Part shown: positions 37,046-46,167 of the stretch, piece after piece
How the letters are laid out: every line of letters begins with the position of its first letter
Position numbering within the stretch: the stretch's first letter is position 1
Assembly (NCBI GenBank): GCA_964549305.1
Contig: CAZJVM010000014.1
Location: 1 to 49,074, forward strand
DNA: 49,074 nucleotides
From: an uncultured bacterium
GTDB taxonomy: Bacteria > Schekmanbacteria > GWA2-38-11 > J061
Reading direction: 5' to 3'
Position numbers and translations under genes: made by a program
The notes under the pieces: generated by a model
Told to the model about the DNA's origin: nothing
Seen by the model: the letters and a program-made list of their open reading frames with translations, nothing else
Database searches by the model: none

Positions 37046-37654
37046 TTATTCTGACGCAAGTTTTTTTCCTAATGCAAATATCTTATCAAGTTCTTCCTGT
37101 TTATTGTTTATGTCCCCCACATCTCTTACATCGGGAACATGAAGTTTGCCCACAATATTCATCATATAAATTTCACTTATATTATGTTCAAATGCCTTGA
37201 ATGCTAAATCTGCTACCTGCGGAATCTTAAAATCATGAACCATTCCGATTACTGCCTTTTTATCTTTCACGGGATTGCTTAAAATATTATACGATTCAGG
37301 TATCCCGGGTTCGCCTGTGATTTCAACTTCCCAGAACGGAAGGCATCTTTCCAGAAAGCGGGCCATTATTGCCGAATAAATCGCACAATAGAGGGGAGAT
37401 GTAAAAAGCATAATATCAGCGGAAATCATTTCCGGAATAATGGTGTCCATATCGTCACGATGAACTTTACACTTGTTTTGCGGTCCAAGCATACAGTTTC
37501 TGAAGCATCCCTGACATTGCCTTATATCGAGTTCCGCAAGAAAGTATTTTTTTGTCTGCGCGCCTGCCGATTCTGCGCCTTTCAGGAAAGTGTCTGTCAT
37601 TACATCGCTGTTTCCGCCTTTTCGTGGACTTCCCGAAAAACCAAGAACTTTCAT
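37046..37654 (-). CDS. Flavodoxin-fold iron-sulfur flavoprotein / NADPH-dependent FMN reductase family
   Basis: GSPRKGGNS and CQGCFRNC...C...DDM motifs. Confidence 0.85.
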   Translation of the reverse strand: MKVLGFSGSPRKGGNSDVMTDTFLKGAESAGAQTKKYFLAELDIRQCQGCFRNCMLGPQNKCKVHRDDMDTIIPEMISADIMLFTSPLYCAIYSAIMARFLERCLPFWEVEITGEPGIPESYNILSNPVKDKKAVIGMVHDFKIPQVADLAFKAFEHNISEIYMMNIVGKLHVPDVRDVGDINNKQEELDKIFALGKKLASE

Positions 37655-37842
37655 GAAAAATCATCTCCTTTTAAAAATGTGCATAAAAAAAGGTTTCGAA
37701 TTGGAAGGATTGAAATATCCGTTTTAATATTTTTGGTCAAGGATTATTGTTATTTCTGATATTTATTAAGGAGTTAGTTTTGAAGAGGAGATGATGCATT
37801 AAGAAGCCAAAGAGTAAAATAAGTAGTTTTTTATGAAGATAC

Positions 37843-37873
37843 AAAAAAAAAGGAGGGGTTATCCCCTCCTTTT
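37843..37873 (-). terminator. Intrinsic terminator after the second OmcS-like gene
   Basis: Minus strand AAAAGGAGGGG-ATAA-CCCCTCC followed by a T run, 14 bp past the stop codon. Confidence 0.88.
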
Positions 37874-37887
37874 GAAAGCTCCTTTAA

Positions 37888-38919
37888 TTAACTTCCCTGA
37901 ACATGACAGTTTTTGCAAAGGTCTCTGACATTTGTTCCGTCGCCGTCCTCGGTCACCGTCGACGTACCTGCCTGAAAGATTAGCCCGAAACTATTTGCGT
38001 TTCCGTGTGCTCTGTGACAGGTTAAGCATGTAGGTGTTTCATTGCCGTCATATGCGCCCGCAGTCCAACTACCATCGGGGTCCATAACTCTTACAGGATT
38101 ATTAACTGTATTTAATGTTGCAAGGCTCGAATGTCCACCACCTATGCTTCCTATGTCAACACCTGCCGCAGGATGGCGAATGAATGCTCCGCTTGCTACG
38201 CTTCCGCCGACTTCACTTCCTCCAACATCACCGTGAAAATCCGTATGACATTTTTTGCAGAATTCGCCGATACCGGATTTAGTTGAGTTTGGTTCATTGA
38301 GATTGATTCCGGCGATGGTTCTCAATCCTACGCCTGCTTCAAAAATATCTTTGGTAAGATCATTTGTTCCTGCAGCATAGCTAATTCCCAATGTAGGAGT
38401 TGCTCCGCCTGCATCGGGTTTAAGGTTTCTGTAATTGTCTATATTCGTATTTCCTCCCACATCTCCTGATCCAAGGTCTTGACCGTGATGCTGGTGACAG
38501 TCAACACATTCAAAACCACTGCTGTTGCTCCATGTTCCTCCGGGGGTTGTTGCTGTGCTATTGATGGTATGTCCCATATACTCTGCGTAAGAACCGCTTC
38601 CGCCTACTTTGTTTAACGCGCCTGCAGACCTTTCCGTTGAACCCGTGTCATTGTTTCCCATTACATCAGGGCCTATTCCATTGTCATGGCAAGTGAGACA
38701 TAAATCATTCGAAGAACCACCCGACTTTAAAAGGTGTGCCGCAGGTGTGTAGCTATAACCTCCACTTCCGGAACCATAATCATGCGCACTGCTTGCGTGC
38801 ATGGTATGGCACTGATTACAAACAAGACTTGCACCATCATGATAATCACCTGCATATATTGTTGAACCAACCCCAAGTGCCACTACAGTTACTGCAAAGA
38901 TAAGAACTAATTTCCTCAT
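37888..38919 (-). CDS. OmcS-like hexaheme c-type cytochrome, second paralog
   Basis: RBS AAGGAGG before MRKLV; signal peptide ending IYA; six CxxCH. Motifs YH-x6-CNQCHTMH, MGH, PGG, YRNL, GIGEFCKKCHTDFH, IRHP, CLTCHRAH and terminal LCKNCH. Colinear with the 357-1391 protein. Confidence 0.88.
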   Translation of the reverse strand: MRKLVLIFAVTVVALGVGSTIYAGDYHDGASLVCNQCHTMHASSAHDYGSGSGGYSYTPAAHLLKSGGSSNDLCLTCHDNGIGPDVMGNNDTGSTERSAGALNKVGGSGSYAEYMGHTINSTATTPGGTWSNSSGFECVDCHQHHGQDLGSGDVGGNTNIDNYRNLKPDAGGATPTLGISYAAGTNDLTKDIFEAGVGLRTIAGINLNEPNSTKSGIGEFCKKCHTDFHGDVGGSEVGGSVASGAFIRHPAAGVDIGSIGGGHSSLATLNTVNNPVRVMDPDGSWTAGAYDGNETPTCLTCHRAHGNANSFGLIFQAGTSTVTEDGDGTNVRDLCKNCHVQGS

Positions 38920-39099
38920 GGCAATCCCTCCTCCTTTTTTAGTTTGAGACAAATTAAATTTACTCAATACTAGAAAATCACAGGATTTGAATATGCTTAT
39001 TTTTGCTGAATATTTTAACATTAATGTAAATACTATAAATGTTAAAAGAGTTTGTAAAGTTGTTAAAATCATTCTTTATCTCCTTTGTTGTTTTATATA

Positions 39100-39115
39100 T
39101 GCATAATTTATGCCA
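39100..39115 (-). promoter_or_regulatory. Sigma-54 (-24/-12) promoter of the orphan OmcS-like gene
   Basis: Minus strand TGGCATAAATTATGCA (GG-N10-GC). IHF-like ATTCAAGTGGTTA at 39163-39175 and palindrome AGTGCG-N4-CACACT at 39238-39253 lie upstream. Confidence 0.75.
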
Positions 39116-39374
39116 ACTTCTTGAAAAAATGAAAAAAATTTTATGGATAAAATAGTTAATTAATTCAAGTGGTTAATTGTTAAGCTTATTTGAAGAGTTT
39201 TTTGAATAATAACAATAATGGAAAGTTTTTTCAATTAAGTGCGTTTTCACACTCTAAATGTGCGACTTTAAATTATGTTCTTTTAATAGATTTGTTTGAA
39301 ATGATATTTATGAATAAGAAATGCTTCATATGAAAATAATAAATACTGCAGAACGAATTGAAATTATTAATATC

Positions 39375-39491
39375 CTAAATATTTTGTTCATCTTCTTCAC
39401 AGTCACTTTTTTCCATGTCTTCATTTTCTTTGCATATGAGAAGTAACATCAAAATGGCCAATATGACTTTTTCAACGCTTTTCATTTCCAT
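39375..39491 (-). CDS. Putative 38-aa small protein downstream of the riboswitch (not in ORF track)
   Basis: GGAG RBS, then MEMKSVEKVILAILMLLLICKENEDMEKSDCEEDEQNI*: a hydrophobic stretch followed by an acidic tail. Confidence 0.5.
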   Translation of the reverse strand: MEMKSVEKVILAILMLLLICKENEDMEKSDCEEDEQNI

Positions 39492-39498
39492 TTTCTCC

Positions 39499-39540
39499 AA
39501 AAAAAAACCTGTTTTCCGGATTACCGAAAAACAGGTTTTT
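39499..39540 (-). terminator. Riboswitch expression-platform terminator
   Basis: Minus strand AAAAACCTGTTTTTCGG-TAAT-CCGGAAAACAGG followed by a T run, directly 3' of the aptamer. Confidence 0.85.
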
Positions 39541-39552
39541 CCCTGATTTTAT

Positions 39553-39637
39553 GTCTTTTCGGCAACCCAGCCATTCTTAAAAAAAGAATCTGTAGTTTTG
39601 CGTCCCTTGTTTTCACAAGGTTTGCCTTTTCGAAGAC
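39553..39637 (-). ncRNA. Cyclic di-GMP-I (GEMM-I) riboswitch aptamer
   Basis: Minus strand GUCUUCGAAAAGGCAAACCUUGUGAAAACAAGGGACGCAAAACUACAGAUUCUUUUUUUAAGAAUGGCUGGGUUGCCGAAAAGAC. It shows GGCAAACC, a GAAA-tetraloop P2, GGGACGCAAA, a 3' GUUGCCGA and a closing P1. Confidence 0.92.
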
Positions 39638-39826
39638 TATTAATAATAACGGCATTGATGCAGAGCATCATTAATTTTTTATTTTTTTTGCTTTTCTTTT
39701 AAAAAGATGTCTCTTTGATTCGTTATGCTGACAATTTTAATGTCTATATTTCGACAAACATAAATGGAGTTTTTTATTATGAAGCAGAAGGCCAATGTAA
39801 AATTAGCAAATTAAAAAATATTCCTT

Positions 39827-40549
39827 ATGGAGATTAAAATGGATAAGATTAAATCAGTAGCTGATGGAATTTTCCAAATTAAAGGGACTCGCTCTAATAT
39901 TTTTCTAATTGTAGACACCAATCTTGTTTTGGTTGATACGGGGATGCCGGGAGATTATGAAATTATTTTAGACTCCATTAAAAAAATCGGACGCAATCCC
40001 GGGGAATTGACTCATATTCTTATTACTCACGCCCATATGGACCATATAGGTTCACTTTCAAAAATTAAAGAGGCAACAGAAGCAAAAGTTGTGGCAAACA
40101 GCAATGAAGTGGATTTTGTGGGCGGGAAAAAGAAAATGTGGACTATGGGAAGAAGCGGTTTCGGAGGTAAGATATTTAAAGCAATAATGTTTTTTATGGA
40201 AACTTTTGTATGGAAATATGAACCTGTTATCGTTGATATTTCGTGCAAAGGAGGAGAAGTAATTGATTCCTGCGGAGGTATTGAAGTCATCTCCACACCG
40301 GGACATTCATTAGGAAGTCTGAGTTTTTATTTGAAAGAGAAGAAAGCTCTTTTTGTTGGAGATTCTTTGAGTACAATGCCTAAACTGAGAATGCCTTTAA
40401 AGGCAGGTTGTGAAAGCCATGGAGAAGCAATAAATTCCGTTAAGAAGATAAGTGAAATACCCATTGATTTGTGTTTTGTAGGACACGGTGATTCAGTAAT
40501 AGGCAATGCGTCGGAAAAAATAAAAGCAATTCTATCGGAATCTAAATAA
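39827..40549 (+). CDS. Metallo-beta-lactamase-fold hydrolase
   Basis: LVDTG, THAHMDHIG, TPGHS, GD and GHG motifs. Alternative start at 39839. Confidence 0.9.
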   Translation: MEIKMDKIKSVADGIFQIKGTRSNIFLIVDTNLVLVDTGMPGDYEIILDSIKKIGRNPGELTHILITHAHMDHIGSLSKIKEATEAKVVANSNEVDFVGGKKKMWTMGRSGFGGKIFKAIMFFMETFVWKYEPVIVDISCKGGEVIDSCGGIEVISTPGHSLGSLSFYLKEKKALFVGDSLSTMPKLRMPLKAGCESHGEAINSVKKISEIPIDLCFVGHGDSVIGNASEKIKAILSESK

Positions 40550-40582
40550 ATTATTTACCTATGAAACGTTTTTTCTAATTAT

Positions 40583-42478
40583 TCAGTGGGCTGAAACATA
40601 GTTCATTGTTCCAAGTTCAGTCATACAGAAGGGGCAGTATTTCCACTCGGCGTGAACATGTTTTCCGCAAGAAAAACATTTTGCGGAAATTGAATGACAG
40701 CAGAAAGGGCAAGCTACGAAATTAGATTTTAGATAACCGTGGCATTCGGGACAAAAGTTCATTGATTCCTCTTCAAAAGCAAAAATTCTGTTTAATTCTG
40801 AAAGAGTAGTTATTCCTGCCGAAACTTTATTGATCCCATCAATAAGTATTTTTTTCATCCCGAAAGATACGGCAACTTCTTCAATATCATCTTCCGATGC
40901 TTCATCAAGAATCATTTTTTTAATCTGTTTGTTTATGACCAGCACTTCAAACAGTCCTATTCTTCCTTTGTAGCCAAGATAATTGCACTCCTTGCATCCT
41001 TTTGCCCTGAAAAAAGTTATGTCTTTTAATTCTTCTTTACACATGCCTAAATTCGCAAATTCCGTTGCATCAGGGGTATAAGATTCTTTACAGGAGGGGC
41101 ACAGGAGTCGTACTAAACGTTGTGAGATTATTCCATTTAAGGAAGAAGCTATCAGGTATGGAAGAACACCGATATTTTTTAACCTTGTTATTGTGCCTAT
41201 TGCGCTGTTGGTATGGATAGAGCTGAATACACTGTGTCCCGTTACTGCCGATTGAAAGGATATTAACGCAGTTTCGGAATCTCTGATTTCACCTAACATT
41301 ATTATGTCGGGGTCCTGTCTTAGTATTGACCTGAGGACAAAAGGGAATGAGAGACCTATTTTATCGTTCACTGCCACCTGATTTGCATTAGATATTTCAT
41401 ATTCAACAGGATCTTCAATACATACAATATTTATATCAGGAGATTTAATATGATTTAACATTCCGTAAAGAGTCGAAGTTTTCCCGCTGCCTGTGGGACC
41501 TGCTACTAATACAATTCCCTGATTTTTTTCTACCATAGTTTTTATTTTTTGAAAGTCATCTCCTGAAAAACCTATTTCATCGAGGTCCAATATATCCGAG
41601 CGTGCATTTAAAAGCCGGATAACAATTTTTTCTCCGTATATTGTTGGAAGAGTAGAAACCCTTAAATCCATTTCTCTTTCCTGAATGCGAATTTTTATTC
41701 TTCCGTCCTGAGGGATCCTTTTTTCAGTAATATCAAGACCTGCCATAATTTTGATTCTTGAAGTTATGAAACCCTGAGTCCATTTTGGGAAGACCATTAC
41801 ATCACGCAGTATCCCGTCAATTCTTTCTCTCATCATAAATTTTTTCTGGCGCGGTTCTATATGAATGTCGCTTGCACCGTGCTGAACAGCACTTGCAAGA
41901 ATACTGTTAACCATTTTTATAATCGGAGGGTCTGCACTCTTTTTTATTAGCTCGGATACTTCCATCTCATCTTCCGATGAAAAAACTATTTCCACCACTC
42001 CGGGCGCCGCCATTCCCTTAACCAATTCTTCTACGGGGGTAGATAAATGATAGTACTGGGCGATTGCTTCTTTTATTTGCCTTGCCGTTGAAAGAACGGG
42101 TTTGACAGACCGTCCCGACGCAAAACTGAGATCATCTATTGCCGCAAGGTCCAGAGGGTCGGTAAATGCCGCTTTTAGGGTGTTTTTGTCGATGTTGATT
42201 GGAAGGACCATATGTTTCAGACAAATCTTTTCCGAAATCAACTGAATAGCTTCCGGTTCTACAACTATAGTGGAAAAATCCACAAATTCTATTCCCAGTT
42301 GGAGAGAAAATGTTTTGGCTATATCTATTTCTGATACAAAACCCATTTCCACGATTAACTCCCCGAATTTTTTTTTACTCCATTTTTGTTTTTTGAGTAC
42401 CTGGTCAAGTTGATTTTGGGTTATAAGTCCGGACTCAAGAAGAAGACTTCCAAGTTTTTTAGATTTTTGCAGGTCCAT
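40583..42478 (-). CDS. PilB/GspE-type assembly ATPase with MshEN domain and C-terminal double zinc ribbon
   Basis: KLGSLLLESGLITQNQLDQVLKKQ, ASDIHIEP, GPTGSGKTSTLY, LRQDPDII.GEIRD, and terminal CxxC x4. Confidence 0.92.
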   Translation of the reverse strand: MDLQKSKKLGSLLLESGLITQNQLDQVLKKQKWSKKKFGELIVEMGFVSEIDIAKTFSLQLGIEFVDFSTIVVEPEAIQLISEKICLKHMVLPINIDKNTLKAAFTDPLDLAAIDDLSFASGRSVKPVLSTARQIKEAIAQYYHLSTPVEELVKGMAAPGVVEIVFSSEDEMEVSELIKKSADPPIIKMVNSILASAVQHGASDIHIEPRQKKFMMRERIDGILRDVMVFPKWTQGFITSRIKIMAGLDITEKRIPQDGRIKIRIQEREMDLRVSTLPTIYGEKIVIRLLNARSDILDLDEIGFSGDDFQKIKTMVEKNQGIVLVAGPTGSGKTSTLYGMLNHIKSPDINIVCIEDPVEYEISNANQVAVNDKIGLSFPFVLRSILRQDPDIIMLGEIRDSETALISFQSAVTGHSVFSSIHTNSAIGTITRLKNIGVLPYLIASSLNGIISQRLVRLLCPSCKESYTPDATEFANLGMCKEELKDITFFRAKGCKECNYLGYKGRIGLFEVLVINKQIKKMILDEASEDDIEEVAVSFGMKKILIDGINKVSAGITTLSELNRIFAFEEESMNFCPECHGYLKSNFVACPFCCHSISAKCFSCGKHVHAEWKYCPFCMTELGTMNYVSAH

Positions 42479-42687
42479 ATGATTTACCCCTTGGATATAG
42501 ATTTCATACAGTTGAGTATATTGAATTATTAAAAATTCAACTCTAAATTATGATGAAAAAAATTAAAGTCAATTAATAATATTTTTTTATAGAAAATATG
42601 CTAAATTTAATTTCAAATTAAAAAATAACTTATCTTTGAAGAGATGTAAAAATGAATTGTCCGACAAAATTATTAGATAAATATAAT

Positions 42688-43884
42688 CTAATTATCTTTC
42701 AGAACTGACATTCTGATTTCTTTTACGTTTTTTGTTTCTGTTAATTTCTTTACCATTTGCAACATATCTTCATTCCAACTGCCTGATTTTAGAATTTTTT
42801 CAAGCACAAAAGTGTCGAGAGTTGAAACTTCGTCCCATTTTTTGAAAGAGCGGATGATTTTATTAAGTTGCTTACGCTCTTCACTCTTTTTCGGCGGTAT
42901 AGAAATTTTTTCACTTTCGGATATTTTAAGCTCTTTTACGCTTCCCCGAATGACTTTTAACTGTTCTTTTTCGGAATAACTGAACAGGGCATCCCTGACT
43001 TTTTCTATCTCCGCTTTTTTTTCGGCGATTTCTTCTTTTAAGTTTGCGTATCTATCAACAAGCTTTACACCGTCATCATTGAGATATTCGTTTTCAGGAA
43101 GGGATTCCAGCTTCTTTTTATGTTTAATCAAAGGGCAGAGGTCCTGATATGAACACCAGTTGCAAAGGAAACTTTTATGCGGTTCAAATGTTTCCGTAGA
43201 TTCAATTTTGTCGATAAGGGCGATTGTATCCGTCTTGATTTTTTTAAGATTATCAGAATCTCTCTTAGACACTATTTCCTTATCAAAGACAACATAGTGC
43301 CAGATTAGATCCACTTTTTTCACATCGTTCCACAGGTCCTGCACCCCAATCTGGTAAAGCGCAAGTTGGCGGTCAGAGTCAGCTTTTTCCTGAGTGGGTA
43401 ATGTGCCTGACGTTTTATAGTCGTGAATTTCGTATGTGCCGTCTTCTCTTTGGGATAGTCTGTCGATATATCCTCCCAAACGGTATTTCCCTTCACCGTC
43501 AAGATTAATTTTTACATATTGTTCAAGTCCGATTAACTGCGAAGAATTAAAGGGATAATACTTTTTATAATATGTTCTGATACATCCCTTGCAAAGTTCG
43601 TAATAGTCCTCCTTTTTTCTATCCTTCCTTACAATCAGTATGTTGTCTGACCAGTTTTTTTCCCATAGTGATTCAAAATGAGCAATAAGTTCATCGAGAG
43701 TGAGTGTTTTGAATTTGAGTTCGCCGTAAAGTTTTTCCATTGCCTCGTGAAACATCGACCCCATAAATGCCTCGATGCCTTGTTCGTAACGCTTAATCTT
43801 GTCAATGTACTGATATTTATATTGCAATGGGCAGTTTTCAAATGTCCCGAGACGTGAATGAGAATAGATTTTAGTCGTTTTCAT
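42688..43884 (-). CDS. PD-(D/E)XK RecB/AddB-like nuclease with Fe-S cysteines
   Basis: YSHSRL..FENCP, GYIDRL, IHDYKT, QLALY and CNWCSYQDLCP motifs. Confidence 0.88.
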   Translation of the reverse strand: MKTTKIYSHSRLGTFENCPLQYKYQYIDKIKRYEQGIEAFMGSMFHEAMEKLYGELKFKTLTLDELIAHFESLWEKNWSDNILIVRKDRKKEDYYELCKGCIRTYYKKYYPFNSSQLIGLEQYVKINLDGEGKYRLGGYIDRLSQREDGTYEIHDYKTSGTLPTQEKADSDRQLALYQIGVQDLWNDVKKVDLIWHYVVFDKEIVSKRDSDNLKKIKTDTIALIDKIESTETFEPHKSFLCNWCSYQDLCPLIKHKKKLESLPENEYLNDDGVKLVDRYANLKEEIAEKKAEIEKVRDALFSYSEKEQLKVIRGSVKELKISESEKISIPPKKSEERKQLNKIIRSFKKWDEVSTLDTFVLEKILKSGSWNEDMLQMVKKLTETKNVKEIRMSVLKDN

Positions 43885-44052
43885 TATCTGACCTTTCTAA
43901 ATCTTTCATAAATCAATATCTTTTAAACTATATTATAATGAATTTAATATAAACAGATAAATCGCTTTGACAGGTATGAATCAATATAATAGCTATTAAA
44001 AAAAAGCGCGCGGGCGCTAAATGCTTCACTTTTTAAATAATAAGGAATTCCA

Positions 44053-45090
44053 ATGAAAAAGAACGAAAGCGGATTTTCAAGAAGGGATTTTATCAAAAAA
44101 ACATCTTATGGTGTTGCGGGCGCATTTGCTTATCAGTTTTCTTCTTTCAATAGCGGGAATGCTTTTGCGGAAGAAATAATTTCCCCGAGGAAAGGGCTGG
44201 GCAACTTATATTTAAAGGAAGGGAAACCTCTTCTTGTCGTATCTGAAGGGAAAGACCGTGCAGAAAGATTTAAAAAGGCGCTTGATAAAATAGGCGGGCT
44301 CGAAAAACTGGTAAAGGGGAAAACCGTAATTTTAAAACCAAACGCAGTCGCGCCCACTCCTTTCCCGGTATGCACAGAGCCGGATTTCCTTATTTCTGTT
44401 TTAAAAACCGTTATTGATTCAGGCGCTGAGAAGGTTACAATTTACGATTCCGTTCCTCAAAGGACTTTCAGATTGATGGGGCTTTATGAAAATGTCAAGA
44501 AAATTGGCGCGGAAGCAATTGCTGTTGACCCTGCCGATGATAAAGCTTTTACTGATGTGAAAAAGGAAGGTTGGGTTGTGCAAAATCCTGTGGGTCTTTC
44601 AAATCATATGAGGGTTGCGGATGTGGTAATAAATATTCCCAATGTAAAACGGCACGACGACGCGGGATTTACCTGCGCAATGAAAAATCATTTTGGTTCT
44701 GTGCGCGGGTCAAACCGCTGGGACGGACATCTAAAACTCCATAACGGGAAATCGGTAACATCGGGAGAGTGGAACGAGGAGTTCAAGATTCCCTTCAGAA
44801 AGCTTGCCGCGGAGTTTTCCGATGCTGTTAGGTGTGAGCTCAATATCGTGGACGCTCAAGACCTCCTCACCGTATCGGGACCTTATCTTACCAGGGGAAA
44901 GGTTAAAAAAGGCATTAACAAAATGATTATAAGCGGTGATATTGTCGCAACAGATGCCTATTGCTCAAATCTTATGGCAGAACACGATTCCACATACAGC
45001 GCCGATATGTGGACGCCTGTGCTCGAATATGCAGAAAAACTGGGACTTGGAACGGCAGATCTCAAAAAAGCCGAGCTAATCGAGGTATAA
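44053..45090 (+). CDS. Tat-exported DUF362 protein
   Basis: SRRDFIK Tat motif, LKPN, INIPNVK.H...FT.AMKN.FG and D.VA.D motifs. Confidence 0.85.
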   Translation: MKKNESGFSRRDFIKKTSYGVAGAFAYQFSSFNSGNAFAEEIISPRKGLGNLYLKEGKPLLVVSEGKDRAERFKKALDKIGGLEKLVKGKTVILKPNAVAPTPFPVCTEPDFLISVLKTVIDSGAEKVTIYDSVPQRTFRLMGLYENVKKIGAEAIAVDPADDKAFTDVKKEGWVVQNPVGLSNHMRVADVVINIPNVKRHDDAGFTCAMKNHFGSVRGSNRWDGHLKLHNGKSVTSGEWNEEFKIPFRKLAAEFSDAVRCELNIVDAQDLLTVSGPYLTRGKVKKGINKMIISGDIVATDAYCSNLMAEHDSTYSADMWTPVLEYAEKLGLGTADLKKAELIEV

Positions 45091-45095
45091 AAGAA

Positions 45096-46124
45096 TCAGG
45101 AAAATTTTTCCATCAAATCCTTTTTTCTCTCGATTGTGGGAAGGTCGTAGGGGCATTTTTGTTCGCATTCCCCGCACTCAACGCATGCCTGCCACCAGAT
45201 AGATAGATTTTTTGCCCTTTCCTTATCCTCGTCAGTCATCTGTTCATATCCCTGTCCGTTTATCCTCTGCCACGTAAGATGTATCATGACGGGGATTATA
45301 ATATCGTTTGGGCAAGGCATACAGTAGTTGCATCTGCGGCAGAAGTCTTTTCCGAGAGGCGCGACTTCTTCTTCAAATGCCCTGAGTTCCTCTTCTGTCA
45401 AAGCTTCGGTTGATTCTATATATTTGATGTTCTCATCCAGTTCTTCTATCGTTGCGACTCCCACAAGAATGTTATCGAGGGGATATCCTCTATGAAATTT
45501 GTGAGATTTTTCGATATTTCTTATTACTCCTCCTGCAAGTGCTTTCATTACGATGCTTCCCACATTCAATGATTTTGCAAGCTCTATCAATTCTTTTTCA
45601 GGCTCTCTTTCTATTACATTGAATGGAAACATTACGGTGTCGAATTCTTCCGTTTTAATTAAATCGACCATAACCTTTGTGTGATGGCTTGTAAGGCCTA
45701 TGAAATCAATTAATCCTTCTGATTTAGCTTTTTTAAAAGCGTCTAAGGTTCCGCCTTTTTTTGTAACCTGCGAAACTTCATCAGGTCCGAGTTCGTGAAT
45801 CTGATAAATTTCGATTTTATCGGTCTGAAGTTTTTTGAGGCTTTCATCAAGGTCTTCGAGCACTTCATCAAATCCCCTTCTGTGTGATTTGCTTGCAAGA
45901 ATACATTCTTCTTTCCGTGTTTTCATAACTTCACCGATATTGTCTTCCGAATCCATATAAACGCGTGATGTGTCGATAAAGTTTATTCCCGAATCAAGAG
46001 CTTCGTTGATAACCTTGCTGATAGTTTCTTCGTCTTTTCCGCCCATAACGGTTGAAAGAGGGATGCCGCCAAGCCCCATTTTTGTAACTTCAAGATTTGT
46101 TCTTCCTAATACGGTCATTTCCAT
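45096..46124 (-). CDS. Aldo/keto reductase with C-terminal 4Fe-4S domain
   Basis: LGRTNLEV..MGLG, GINFIDTS..Y, CRRCNYCMPCP and CVECGECEQKCP motifs. Confidence 0.92.
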   Translation of the reverse strand: MEMTVLGRTNLEVTKMGLGGIPLSTVMGGKDEETISKVINEALDSGINFIDTSRVYMDSEDNIGEVMKTRKEECILASKSHRRGFDEVLEDLDESLKKLQTDKIEIYQIHELGPDEVSQVTKKGGTLDAFKKAKSEGLIDFIGLTSHHTKVMVDLIKTEEFDTVMFPFNVIEREPEKELIELAKSLNVGSIVMKALAGGVIRNIEKSHKFHRGYPLDNILVGVATIEELDENIKYIESTEALTEEELRAFEEEVAPLGKDFCRRCNYCMPCPNDIIIPVMIHLTWQRINGQGYEQMTDEDKERAKNLSIWWQACVECGECEQKCPYDLPTIERKKDLMEKFS

Positions 46125-46167
46125 AAGAAAATCCTTTTTTTAAAGGCGATAAGTATTGTTAGTAGAT

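Noticed and set aside
39741-39756. TGTCTATATTTCGACA, resembling the PEP-CTERM enhancer box
   Set aside because: One base shorter than the 17-bp boxes, no partner at 63 bp, and no -24/-12 element at the expected distance.
42657-42667. TTGTCCGACAA palindrome upstream of the PilB-like gene
   Set aside because: Only a half-site match to the box motif, and no sigma-54 promoter was found between it and the gene.
42688-43884. Cas4-like nuclease suggesting CRISPR-Cas
   Set aside because: No cas genes or repeat-spacer array in the window. It fits a stand-alone PD-(D/E)XK RecB/AddB-like protein.
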